Assembly (NCBI GenBank): GCA_903918375.1
Contig: CAIXED010000071.1
Coordinates: 6,875 to 70,874, forward strand
Reading direction: 5' to 3'
Length of the DNA stretch: 64,000 bases
Source of the DNA: an uncultured Pseudomonadota bacterium
GTDB taxonomy: Bacteria; Pseudomonadota; Gammaproteobacteria; Methylococcales; Methylomonadaceae
The position numbers and the translations under genes are program-made. Position 1 is the stretch's first letter; each line of letters opens with the position of its first letter. The notes under the pieces are model-generated. The model was not told the DNA's origin. It did not search any database and saw nothing but the letters and a program-made list of their open reading frames with translations. Shown piece after piece: positions 1 to 8,412 of this stretch.

Positions 1-2
1 GC

Positions 3-1031
3 GATTACCAACTTGAAGCGATCGATAACCGAATTTGGTTATTCTTGGACGAGCTTCAGGAGCTGGGCAGAATTGCCAAACTTGAGCAATTCCCAGCAGT
101 TGGCCGTGGTAAAGGCGTTAGGTTGGTTTTTGCCAGCCAAGACCCGGGCAGGTTGATTGATATTTACGGTCGAGACCTTTGGAACTCAATTTACGCGAGC
201 TGCGCCAACAAAATCGTTGGCAAATTGACGGGTGATAGTGCCGATTACTACTCAAAAATTGCTGGTAAAGCTGAATATAGTCGTAATTCAACAACAACGA
301 CCAAGTCTTTGACGACTCAAGGCGGTGGCTCAGCGGCGTATTCCAAACAAATTGATCGTCGGCAAGCGGTCCCTGCTCACCGATTCGGTTCGGACTGCGG
401 CAAGTTCCCTATTCCAAAATGGGGATTTTTGGGCGGAGCGATGGAAAAATACGAGATCCGCGCGTTTTTTCTAACCGGATTTGAGCATATTGGCTTGTTA
501 AGTTGGCCTATCACCGCGTGGCAAACCAGCGATCGCTCAAAAATACCGGCTGACTGGACACAGCCGGGTTATATCAGTCGATTACGCGCCAATCCAAACC
601 CAGCCAATCAAAATCAATCAGCCGCTACAGGTAGTGGTGGCCTGAATTTGACCGCCCAAAAAAATGAGAAAGTGCTGGTAGACGTGGTTCGCACTGAGCC
701 TGAGATTGATCCAGACGAAATCATTCAAATTCCAGAACATCGAGCGCGAGAGGAGCAAAAAAATGAAGAAGAAAAGGCTACTGAAAATGAAAACGACCAA
801 ATCCCCGAAAACTCAGACGACAAACTGACTGAAAGTGTTAACGAATCCGCCGCTGATGTGATGCTGGATGCTACTGATTTGGGAATCGATACGCATGGCG
901 TTGGCTTTATCATCGATGCCATTCAAAAACCCGCCGGTGGCAATGTTGAGATTGATATTTTTGGCCCTGCCGCGCCGATTAATCCGGTCGATGGTACCGA
1001 TAGCGACGAAGAACAAAGCCCCAAAATTTAG
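3..1031 (+). CDS. Type IV coupling protein (TraD/VirD4-like), C-terminal part; the 5-prime end lies outside the window
   Basis: The frame is open from nt 3 (DYQLEAIDNRIWLFLDELQELG, a Walker-B-like hhhhDE). It continues with GVRLVFASQDPGRLIDIYG and an acidic E/D/N-rich tail as in TraD-type T4CPs. It sits in a relaxase/T4SS context. Confidence 0.75.
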   Translation, partial: DYQLEAIDNRIWLFLDELQELGRIAKLEQFPAVGRGKGVRLVFASQDPGRLIDIYGRDLWNSIYASCANKIVGKLTGDSADYYSKIAGKAEYSRNSTTTTKSLTTQGGGSAAYSKQIDRRQAVPAHRFGSDCGKFPIPKWGFLGGAMEKYEIRAFFLTGFEHIGLLSWPITAWQTSDRSKIPADWTQPGYISRLRANPNPANQNQSAATGSGGLNLTAQKNEKVLVDVVRTEPEIDPDEIIQIPEHRAREEQKNEEEKATENENDQIPENSDDKLTESVNESAADVMLDATDLGIDTHGVGFIIDAIQKPAGGNVEIDIFGPAAPINPVDGTDSDEEQSPKI

Positions 1032-1041
1032 AGGATTAACG

Positions 1042-1305
1042 ATGGAATCAAACAGCACAAAATTGAAAAAAAACCACTGTCAATGCGGCGGCAAAATCCA
1101 GATCAAAAACAATCTTTTTGGTTGCGAAAATTGCCATGCCATTGTTTACCCTAAACTCTTGGGCCGCGATATTTCAGAGTCTGAAGCATTATCGCTGTTG
1201 GCCGGTGAAACGCTATTGCTGCATTTCACCTCAGCGACGGGTAAAGCGTTTGCGGCCAATGCGGCTATCAAAAACGGCAAAGTGACCGTGGAAATTCAAA
1301 AATAA
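1042..1305 (+). CDS. Stand-alone zinc-ribbon protein with a topoisomerase C-terminal-repeat-like segment (87 aa)
   Basis: ATG at 1042 is preceded by gaggattaac. It has a CxC...CxxC zinc ribbon (CQCGG...CENCH) followed by LLGRDISESEALSLLAGETLLLHFTSATGKAFAANAAIKNGKV, resembling the repeat at the C-terminus of plasmid-type Topo III. The longer ORF from 868 overlaps the T4CP tail and was not used. Confidence 0.5.
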   Translation: MESNSTKLKKNHCQCGGKIQIKNNLFGCENCHAIVYPKLLGRDISESEALSLLAGETLLLHFTSATGKAFAANAAIKNGKVTVEIQK

Positions 1306-1320
1306 TCAGCGAGGCACAAA

Positions 1321-3483
1321 ATGGACTCATCTATATTAGATACAGCAAAGTCAACCGATCGATCGATCGGTTTTATAAACGATATTTTTGGGTCCGGTTG
1401 GGAAAATGCTTTGACCGGTGGGACACCGGCTGGTGAATTCGGCAACGTGTTGATCGAAATGTTCTACAGCTTCAATGCCATTGTTTTGGCGGGGGTTGCT
1501 GTACTCTTGTTTTATGTCATTTCAGCGGGTGTGGTCGGCACGGCTCACGAAGGCGAGGCATTGGGCAAACGGTATTCAACCCTTTGGACACCAATCAGAT
1601 CGGCGTTAGCGATTAGCTTTTTGATGCCTTTGCCGTGGGTTAAATTGTCGTTACTTCAAGCGTTAGTCTTGAAATTTATCTTTTTTAGTATCAGCGGCGC
1701 TTCATATCTAGCTAGTCAAACTGTTGACATGATGGCTAAGCAAGGCGGAGCCATGACCTTGGCCGCTGCCCCGACAATCCAGGGCGAAGGGATTGCTGCC
1801 GAAATTTTGAAAAATTTAACTGTTCAAGAATATTTTTCACAACAAGAGCAAGTCGGCTTTCCAGGGGATGGTTTTGTAGAAACTAGCGGTGGTTCTGATA
1901 ATGAATCGTTGACAAAATCAATCATTTTTTCAGCCCCAAATTATGGCGTGCCTGGTGTTATTAATCGATCCGATATGGGATCAATTAGCGTCAGTTGCAC
2001 CCAAAACCAACAAAGTGTCTGCGATAGTGAAATCGCTCTAGTCAGACAATTAATCACAACACTGCGCCCTTTGGCGCGTGAGTTTGGCATGGCTCAGGAT
2101 GGTGAAAATTCATCGATTGGCTCATTATCCATTTATTACAATCAGGCCATTAAAGCCTATGCAACACAATCACAAATTGCGGCAACCAATGCGCTAGGCC
2201 TTATATCGGATCAAAAACAGGTTCAGCTCAGTAAATTCACTAACGCGATTAGCAATAATGGCTGGACCTGGTTGGGGGCTTATTATTCGGCCATGTTGCA
2301 GCAAAACGCCGCTGCACATGCCGCCACCGAATCCAGAGCTTCCGTCGCTAAACCCATGCGCTTAGATTTAGCGGGCAAAAATGCCGGCAAGGAATTTGAA
2401 GCGTCGATCACGCAATTAAAAACTTTCCTTGATACAGAACAAGCCGGATTAGAATCGCAAATTGCCAGTGCTGGTCAACCGAATGACGAAATGGGTATTG
2501 GCCGGTTAGCGAGCAGTTTTTTTGCTGATGCATTGATGAGTTCGTTCTGTGAAGCCTCATCTCAACAAGGCGCGGGTGATATTGTTGCAGGTGTTTTGTC
2601 AACCGGTGATCCTGTCTTAAATTTGCAGGAGCTAGGGCATAAACTCATTAATACCAGTTCGGTTTTGTTAACGGGGATGGGCGGGGCGATGATTGCAAAA
2701 TCAGCGGTCGATATTTTCCCGAGTGGCCGATTGGCGGGGATGGCTGCATCGATTTTAGGCGCTGATGATACAATGGGTAAATTGATCGGCATGGCAATGG
2801 CGTTGTTGGTACCTGTTGTATTAGCCCTAATGTTTGCCGGAATCTGTTTTGCCTACTATGTGCCTGCATTGCCGTTTATTATTTGGGTATCCGCTATTGT
2901 TGGCTGGTTAGTGTTAACGATGGAGATGATGGTTGCCGCGCCGATTTGGGCGGCGATGCATGCCATACCCGAAGGTGAAGGTATGGCCGGCCAGCACGGC
3001 AAACAGGGTTACATGATGTTCTTCGGCATTTTGTTTAGACCGGCTTTACATGTGATCGGTTTTTTCATGGCCTTTGCCATTGTCAATACTGTTGGGCATT
3101 TCATTGGTAATACCTACCAAACATTTACCGCTGTCACCAATGGCGATGCTGCGCCGTATGGCTTACCGGCTCAAGCGATTAGTTGGTTAGCAACCCTTGT
3201 CATTGGCGCCTCAATTGCGGTTGTGTCAATTCATAAAGTGTTTAATTTGATTACTTGGCTGCCGGACAACATTTTGCGCTGGGCGGGTGGCAATACGCCT
3301 TCATTAGGTCATGACGATAAATCCGGTGGGATGATTGTTGCGGCCATGAGTCAAACCCAACATAAAATCAGTGGTGGATTGTCAAAAGCGGTTGATGGGT
3401 TTTCAAAACCGTCATCATCTACTGGTACAGCATCATCTAAAGCTGAATCTAAAGCCGATATGCATACGTTGGGGGATATTTAA
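1321..3483 (+). CDS. DotA/TraY-like polytopic membrane protein of a type IVB-like conjugation system
   Basis: 720 aa with many hydrophobic segments. The N-terminal motif GTAHEGEALGKRYSTLWTPIRSALAISFLMP matches my recollection of the DotA/TraY signature (TAHEGExLGxxWSxxWxPxR). It lies between the T4CP and the relaxase. Confidence 0.55.
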   Translation: MDSSILDTAKSTDRSIGFINDIFGSGWENALTGGTPAGEFGNVLIEMFYSFNAIVLAGVAVLLFYVISAGVVGTAHEGEALGKRYSTLWTPIRSALAISFLMPLPWVKLSLLQALVLKFIFFSISGASYLASQTVDMMAKQGGAMTLAAAPTIQGEGIAAEILKNLTVQEYFSQQEQVGFPGDGFVETSGGSDNESLTKSIIFSAPNYGVPGVINRSDMGSISVSCTQNQQSVCDSEIALVRQLITTLRPLAREFGMAQDGENSSIGSLSIYYNQAIKAYATQSQIAATNALGLISDQKQVQLSKFTNAISNNGWTWLGAYYSAMLQQNAAAHAATESRASVAKPMRLDLAGKNAGKEFEASITQLKTFLDTEQAGLESQIASAGQPNDEMGIGRLASSFFADALMSSFCEASSQQGAGDIVAGVLSTGDPVLNLQELGHKLINTSSVLLTGMGGAMIAKSAVDIFPSGRLAGMAASILGADDTMGKLIGMAMALLVPVVLALMFAGICFAYYVPALPFIIWVSAIVGWLVLTMEMMVAAPIWAAMHAIPEGEGMAGQHGKQGYMMFFGILFRPALHVIGFFMAFAIVNTVGHFIGNTYQTFTAVTNGDAAPYGLPAQAISWLATLVIGASIAVVSIHKVFNLITWLPDNILRWAGGNTPSLGHDDKSGGMIVAAMSQTQHKISGGLSKAVDGFSKPSSSTGTASSKAESKADMHTLGDI

Positions 3484-6294
3484 ATGATGTCGCTCACCGC
3501 ATTTAAACCCGGCACAAGCGCTGCGGATATTGCTCAATATGTTGAAAATGGCGAGTTGGGGCCTAACAAGCGCGAAGATTACTACACTGAACACGGTCAA
3601 GCCGGCGGCACCTTATTGGGTTCAGGTTGGGACAAATACGGTTTAAGTGCCACCGATTACAGCGCTCAACGAATCCAAGCGGTTTTGGATGGATATGATC
3701 CTCAATCTGGTGAGCAACTGATTAAAGGCATGGTGGATATTGAAGGCAATTCCAAGCGCGTACCAGGCTATGATTTGACCTTTAGTGCCGATAAATCGGT
3801 ATCGGTGGTGTTTGCTGCTGGCGATGAAGCCACAAAACAAAAAATCATTGATGCTCAAAATCAAGCGGTTGCGAGAACCGTTCGATACATTGAGGAAAAC
3901 TCACTAACGGCCAACGTCGGTAAAGGCGGCAAAGATCGTTGTAAAAGCAAATTATTTGCTTCAGGGCATAATCACGCCACCTCACGCGCGGGTGATCCTG
4001 ATTTGCATACCCATGTTGTATTAGCCAATTTTGTACAACGCGAAGACGGCAAAATCATGTCATTAAATGCCCGCGATTTGATGAATCGTCAAAAAGAGTT
4101 TGGGGCGATTTATCGGGCTGAGTTGGCGAGACAAATGGCGACGATTGGCTTTACCGTTGAAAAACATGGCCACGAAAATGAGTTTATGCGGATTGCTGGC
4201 AGTCCTAAAGAAATCGAAAAATTTTATTCAAAACGGCGTACTGAAATTGAGGCGAGCGAAGAGCAAATCAAAGCGGCCATGGAAAAATACGGCGTATCAC
4301 GCGCCCGTGCCGCTGAATGGGTTGCGCTCGATACTCGGCACGACAAAGAGGCCATATCGATTGAGGATATTAAAAAGCAGTGGCATGAAGAATTAAAAGG
4401 GATGGGGTTTGATCAATCCCATATCGATCAACTGTTGCAGTCCAAATTGACGAATAAACCTGAAAAACCTGAAATTGATGCTAATGCGATTTTAGAAAAA
4501 GTGACGGCGATGAATTCGGTATTTAGCGAAAAAACCTTGCGCGAAACGTTTGTGAATCAAGCCGTTGGGGTTTTAAGTGTTGATGAAATCGAAACCCAGT
4601 ATCAGGGCCTTTTAAAAAGCCCCACGTTAATTAAATGCTACAGAACATCATTGGGTGAAGATGGTCAATTAGTGGTTAAAAACGCCTTTACCACGCAAAC
4701 AATGGTCGATTTAGATAATGCCATGATTGCTGAGGCTAAAGCCTTGAAATCCGCTACTACTCATGCGATTGATCGCGAATTAGTGACTAAACAGCGATTA
4801 GCGTATCAAGCCCGAAAAGGCTTTGAACTAACGGCTGATCAAATCGTTTCGCTTGAAATGGCAACGACACAATCCAATTTAACCATTATTGAAGGTCATG
4901 CGGGGACGGGCAAAACCACAGCCATTGAAGTGGCCGCGAATGCTTGGCGTGAAGCGGGTTTAAATGTGATTGGTTGTGCGCCATCCGGCAAAGCGGCGAA
5001 TGGTTTGTTAGAGGTTGGCATCGATAGTGTCACGATTGCAAAATTGCTATTGCAAAACAAAAGCTGGCAGGATGATCAAGGCGTTTGGCACCAACCGACC
5101 AAGCCATTGACGAGCCATGATGTGATTGTCATGGACGAGGCCGGCATGGTCGGCACGCGCGATATGAAAGCGGTATTGGAAGCCGCGCAAGCCGTTGGGG
5201 CTAAGGTCGTGCTGATGGGGGATCGCAAACAATTACAATCGGTGGCAGCAGGTGGGGCGTTACGGGCTTTAATTGAAAAAGTCGGTTTGGATTCGGCTTT
5301 AACGTCTGTTCAGCGCCAAAAAAACGACGATATTAAAAATGTTGTCGCAAACTCAAGAACCGGCGATATTGCTCAATCCTTGGATTTGCTGGATCGAAAA
5401 GGCGGATTGCATCTAGTTGACGATAAACAGGCTGGCGTTACTCAAGTGATCGATAGTTGGAAACGCCATTATGATCACAATTCACCGCGAGCGGCTGAAA
5501 CGTCGGTGATGTTAGCGAATACCAATATTGATGTTGAAAAACTGAATGGCTTTGCGAGGGCTTATTTGAAGCAGGTTGGCGCTTTGAAGGGCATTGGTTC
5601 TGAAATTGAAGTATCGGATCGCGATGGTATTAGTTTAGGCAAAAAGGAATTTTTAGCCAATGATCGCATTGTGTTTTTAAAAAATACGACCTTCGGCGAA
5701 GGCCAGCAAAAGCAATCCGTTAAAAACGGCCAAACCGGGCGAATTCTGGCGATTAACGGCACAGCGTTAAAAATTCAGTTAGATAATGGTCAGCATGTGG
5801 TGTGTGACATAACAACGTATAACAATCTATCGCATGCCTACGCGATTACTACGCACAAGAGCCAAGGGATTACGGTTGATCATGCCGCTATTCTGGGTGG
5901 TGGGTTTATGCAGAGTTTAAATCAAACCTATGTGCAGCTTAGTCGGGTTCGGCATGATGTTGATTTTGTGTTACCGAAAAACGAAATTGAGCGATTGATG
6001 GTTGCTGTTGAGCCGACAAAAAAAATGCATGAGTTGGCGGCAAAAATCGCTGAGAGTAAAGGCCATGACTTGGAATCACTGAATGCCATGAATTTCTTGG
6101 AAACTAGAAATTATCTCAACGAACATGCGGATTTTTCAATTAATGGCACACCTGAAACGAGCAAGGATCGGTGGCGGCGTGAAATCGGCGATTTGTTAGA
6201 TCGTATGGGGCAAACGGTTGAAAAGGAAAATACGTTTGATTATGTGATTGAGACAAAACAACAGGAAGAGCGGGTGATTGAGGTTTCAATGTAG
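3484..6294 (+). CDS. MOBF-family conjugative relaxase/helicase (TrwC/TraI type)
   Basis: The N-terminal relaxase has HNHATSRAGDPDLHTHVVLANF (3-His motif). The central P-loop is IIEGHAGTGKTT, followed by VIVMDEAGMV (Walker B). The C-terminal AYAITTHKSQGITVDH is a UvrD-like C motif. Confidence 0.85.
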   Translation: MMSLTAFKPGTSAADIAQYVENGELGPNKREDYYTEHGQAGGTLLGSGWDKYGLSATDYSAQRIQAVLDGYDPQSGEQLIKGMVDIEGNSKRVPGYDLTFSADKSVSVVFAAGDEATKQKIIDAQNQAVARTVRYIEENSLTANVGKGGKDRCKSKLFASGHNHATSRAGDPDLHTHVVLANFVQREDGKIMSLNARDLMNRQKEFGAIYRAELARQMATIGFTVEKHGHENEFMRIAGSPKEIEKFYSKRRTEIEASEEQIKAAMEKYGVSRARAAEWVALDTRHDKEAISIEDIKKQWHEELKGMGFDQSHIDQLLQSKLTNKPEKPEIDANAILEKVTAMNSVFSEKTLRETFVNQAVGVLSVDEIETQYQGLLKSPTLIKCYRTSLGEDGQLVVKNAFTTQTMVDLDNAMIAEAKALKSATTHAIDRELVTKQRLAYQARKGFELTADQIVSLEMATTQSNLTIIEGHAGTGKTTAIEVAANAWREAGLNVIGCAPSGKAANGLLEVGIDSVTIAKLLLQNKSWQDDQGVWHQPTKPLTSHDVIVMDEAGMVGTRDMKAVLEAAQAVGAKVVLMGDRKQLQSVAAGGALRALIEKVGLDSALTSVQRQKNDDIKNVVANSRTGDIAQSLDLLDRKGGLHLVDDKQAGVTQVIDSWKRHYDHNSPRAAETSVMLANTNIDVEKLNGFARAYLKQVGALKGIGSEIEVSDRDGISLGKKEFLANDRIVFLKNTTFGEGQQKQSVKNGQTGRILAINGTALKIQLDNGQHVVCDITTYNNLSHAYAITTHKSQGITVDHAAILGGGFMQSLNQTYVQLSRVRHDVDFVLPKNEIERLMVAVEPTKKMHELAAKIAESKGHDLESLNAMNFLETRNYLNEHADFSINGTPETSKDRWRREIGDLLDRMGQTVEKENTFDYVIETKQQEERVIEVSM

Positions 6295-6306
6295 AACAAT
6301 TCTTTT

Positions 6307-6972
6307 TCACTTAGGAAGGAATATTCCCTTAATGCAGTCAGCGTTTATTATTGAAAGTTGAATATGATTATGGGTGTTAAATCCCGCGCCAGGATATAGC
6401 GGTTTGCCTTCCCAAAAAACAGCTCTGACAGAATCGAATTCGATACCGTCATCTTTAGCGGCTTGAATTGCATAACGAATAACAGCACAATCAAGATATC
6501 GTTTTTTTAAATCAAAGTCGTTGTCATTAAATGCTGAATTTGTTGGTAGTACGTGGGACTCTTCACTTAATGTCTGTACCATCTCGTCATAGGCTTGTTT
6601 GGTGAAATCTAGCCATCTTTTATCGAGAAGATCTAAGCAACGACCTAAATCAATTACCGCACCTAAAACAAATGGCGTTGTAATTTTTGAATTAGGGCGT
6701 TTACTGTCTTGAATCGCATATTGTTTAGCACGCTCTAAGCTGTGTTCCCAAAAATAAACGCCGTCACCAAGCCAATCGTAGTCATTGTTGCTATGACGTA
6801 GGGTTTCGTTACCATTTAGAATTTTTTTGCCAATCGCTTCATCTAAACCGTGAAAGCCGAGAACATAAGAAGATCGTGAAGAGTACAACTTATTTTCCTT
6901 GGCGATGCTCAATGTCTTTTTGTATGGTTTCTGCAGAGAAAAACTTCTCGACATAGTGACCGTTGGTATCAA
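6307..6972 (-). CDS. Hypothetical protein with a PARP-like (H-Y-[E/Q]) ADP-ribosyltransferase-fold signature; start uncertain (TTG 6972, ATG 6954 or TTG 6888)
   Basis: It carries VLGFHG (H41), LGDGVYFWE (Y73, compare PARP GxGxYF) and C-terminal HNHIQLSII (Q205 where PARPs have E). It may be related to the DUF3990-type ART clan, but this was not verified. Confidence 0.45.
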   Translation of the reverse strand: MIPTVTMSRSFSLQKPYKKTLSIAKENKLYSSRSSYVLGFHGLDEAIGKKILNGNETLRHSNNDYDWLGDGVYFWEHSLERAKQYAIQDSKRPNSKITTPFVLGAVIDLGRCLDLLDKRWLDFTKQAYDEMVQTLSEESHVLPTNSAFNDNDFDLKKRYLDCAVIRYAIQAAKDDGIEFDSVRAVFWEGKPLYPGAGFNTHNHIQLSIINADCIKGIFLPK

Positions 6973-7066
6973 GAATTTTTGCTCTAATTAGTAGTGCATC
7001 CCTTTGTTGTTTGCTGCGCATATTGGTTTTTTGGTAAGTAGTTGTTTCAACAATAAGTGATTGCAT
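6890..7066 (-). CDS. Small ORF (58 aa) below the ORF-track cutoff, overlapping the annotated 5-prime end of the ART-like gene
   Basis: ATG at 7066 is preceded by aaGGGGGGAttt (a strong SD). Translation: MQSLIVETTTYQKTNMRSKQQRDALLIRAKILDTNGHYVEKFFSAETIQKDIEHRQGK. Its TAA (6892-6890) sits 1 nt before an in-frame TTG (6888) of the downstream gene, and an AAGGA lies 7 nt upstream of that TTG. Confidence 0.35.
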   Translation of the reverse strand: MQSLIVETTTYQKTNMRSKQQRDALLIRAKILDTNGHYVEKFFSAETIQKDIEHRQGK

Positions 7067-7099
7067 AAATCCCCCCTTGATTTTAATAGGGCAATTGTA

Positions 7100-7474
7100 T
7101 CAGATGGGTTTTCGTTTATTGGGTACATTTAAAAAATCATCCAAATTTCGATTGGAATTGATGATATTTTCTATCCAAAACGGTTTTCTGCCAATGCCTG
7201 ACCAGGTTTCGCCAGTTTCGGGGTTACGGTATTTAGCGCGATATTTTTTTACCCCGGGTTTTCGTCCTACTGTTTTTTTTGCGACTGTTTTTTGCAGAAC
7301 AACAGAGTAGCCAATACTATCCGCTTTTGTTCTCAGTTCCTCAACATTGGCGCTTTGGTCAGAGCGAATCCGCTTTAGCAATTCTATTTCTATCACAGCG
7401 AACACGCGCTTTAACTCGGGCGTATCTAAAAGCTTGAGTGCTTTAATTAATTCGTTAGTGTCTGTATCGCTCAT
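7100..7474 (-). CDS. H-NS family nucleoid-associated DNA-binding protein carried by the mobile element
   Basis: The C-terminal YRNPETGETWSGIGRKPFW matches the H-NS DNA-binding motif (TW[ST]G[RQ]GRxPxW). The N-terminus is a helical oligomerisation region. Confidence 0.8.
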   Translation of the reverse strand: MSDTDTNELIKALKLLDTPELKRVFAVIEIELLKRIRSDQSANVEELRTKADSIGYSVVLQKTVAKKTVGRKPGVKKYRAKYRNPETGETWSGIGRKPFWIENIINSNRNLDDFLNVPNKRKPI

Positions 7475-7539
7475 AGGGGCATTGATTTTTTAAACCAATA
7501 ATTGTACCCTTATTTTTTAATTAAAACAGGGTTTATTCG

Positions 7540-7749
7540 GTGATTGAAAAGAAAAAGCAAGCGGCCAAGGATGTTGTCAAGGCTCACGAGGCCCGAATGA
7601 AGGCCGATGGATACGATAGGGTTAAATTATTTTTGCAGCGTGATATTGTTGATTCAATCGACATTATCGCTAACGCAAAAGATTTGCCGCGTTACAAGCT
7701 GGTTAATGAGATTTTACAGCAATACATTGATGAGTTTACGGGGGACTGA
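7540..7749 (+). CDS. Small hypothetical protein, possibly ribbon-helix-helix (CopG/Arc-like)
   Basis: 69 aa with a GTG start, divergent from the H-NS gene. RVKLFLQRDIVDSIDIIANAKDLPRYKLVNEILQQYI has a strand-helix-helix pattern. There is no strong SD. Confidence 0.35.
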   Translation: MIEKKKQAAKDVVKAHEARMKADGYDRVKLFLQRDIVDSIDIIANAKDLPRYKLVNEILQQYIDEFTGD

Positions 7750-7976
7750 TATTAGGTGAGCCATGGCAATATTTAAAAGCCAATATTAGCCATCAGATAA
7801 GTTATCTAAGGTCATTTCTGTGAAAAAAACGGTGCTGGCCGCGCGAGACGCGAACAAAAGTAGTCATCTCACTATCAAAAAAATGATTATAGCGAGTCGC
7901 GAACAAGTCAAGGGTGCGCTGCGCCAGTTGGCTTCAAAGGGATTTTGAGGAACAGAGCAAGTTTTAGTTAGAAAAC

Positions 7977-7998
7977 AAGGGGCGAAAGCCCCTTTTTT
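7977..7998 (+). terminator. Intrinsic terminator hairpin (GNRA loop) with a T-run
   Basis: AAGGGGC-GAAA-GCCCCTT followed by TTTT. It lies about 230 nt downstream of the nearest same-strand stop codon (7749). Confidence 0.55.
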
Positions 7999-8333
7999 CT
8001 TGGCGGCTTTTGGGGGCGATAACTTAGCTCCAGCAAGCGCAACGCAGCTGGGCCTTTGGTCTTCCAGCATTGATGGCTTCAAAATTAAAAAAATATACCG
8101 CCGCTTTCCGGTGTTCACTATTTTGTTTGCGGCTAGGGCTGTGGCGGTTGATAGATATCAACCGCACCCTCAAAGACCGGTTTTTTCAATGTCCTCTGAG
8201 CCGCTATCGCCACTGCCGGTAAAGTACCGGCAATAACCTTCGGCAAAATTCAAATCAAAATCAACGTCCGAAGGACTCATTTTAATTCGTTTTTTTGTCT
8301 GGCATTCGGCAAATGTTGCGCTGCATTATTTTG

Positions 8334-8355
8334 AAGTGCGCCTTAAGTGCGCCTT
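8334..8355. repeat. Perfect tandem duplication of an 11-mer (AAGTGCGCCTT x2)
   Basis: Read directly: 8334-8344 and 8345-8355 are identical. It lies ~60 nt from the tRNA 3-prime end, in the noncoding junction. Confidence 0.9.
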
Positions 8356-8370
8356 GGAGAATTTTTAAGC

Positions 8371-8404
8371 ATAAAAAAAGGACTTCGATTTCTCGTAAGT
8401 CCTT
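8371..8404 (-). terminator. Intrinsic terminator downstream of the tRNA gene
   Basis: On the minus strand, AAGGACTT-(11 nt)-AAGTCCTT is followed by TTTTTAT, starting 8 nt after the tRNA CCA end. Confidence 0.6.
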
Positions 8405-8412
8405 GTTTTATT

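Noticed and set aside
868-1041. An upstream extension of the zinc-ribbon ORF (ORF-track start 868)
   Set aside because: It overlaps the T4CP C-terminal tail in another frame. ATG 1042, which has an upstream purine-rich stretch, gives the compact domain protein.
7864-8236. ORFs of 84 aa (minus) and 78 aa (plus) in the element/tRNA junction
   Set aside because: They overlap each other, are low-complexity, contain the terminator hairpin, and have no RBS.
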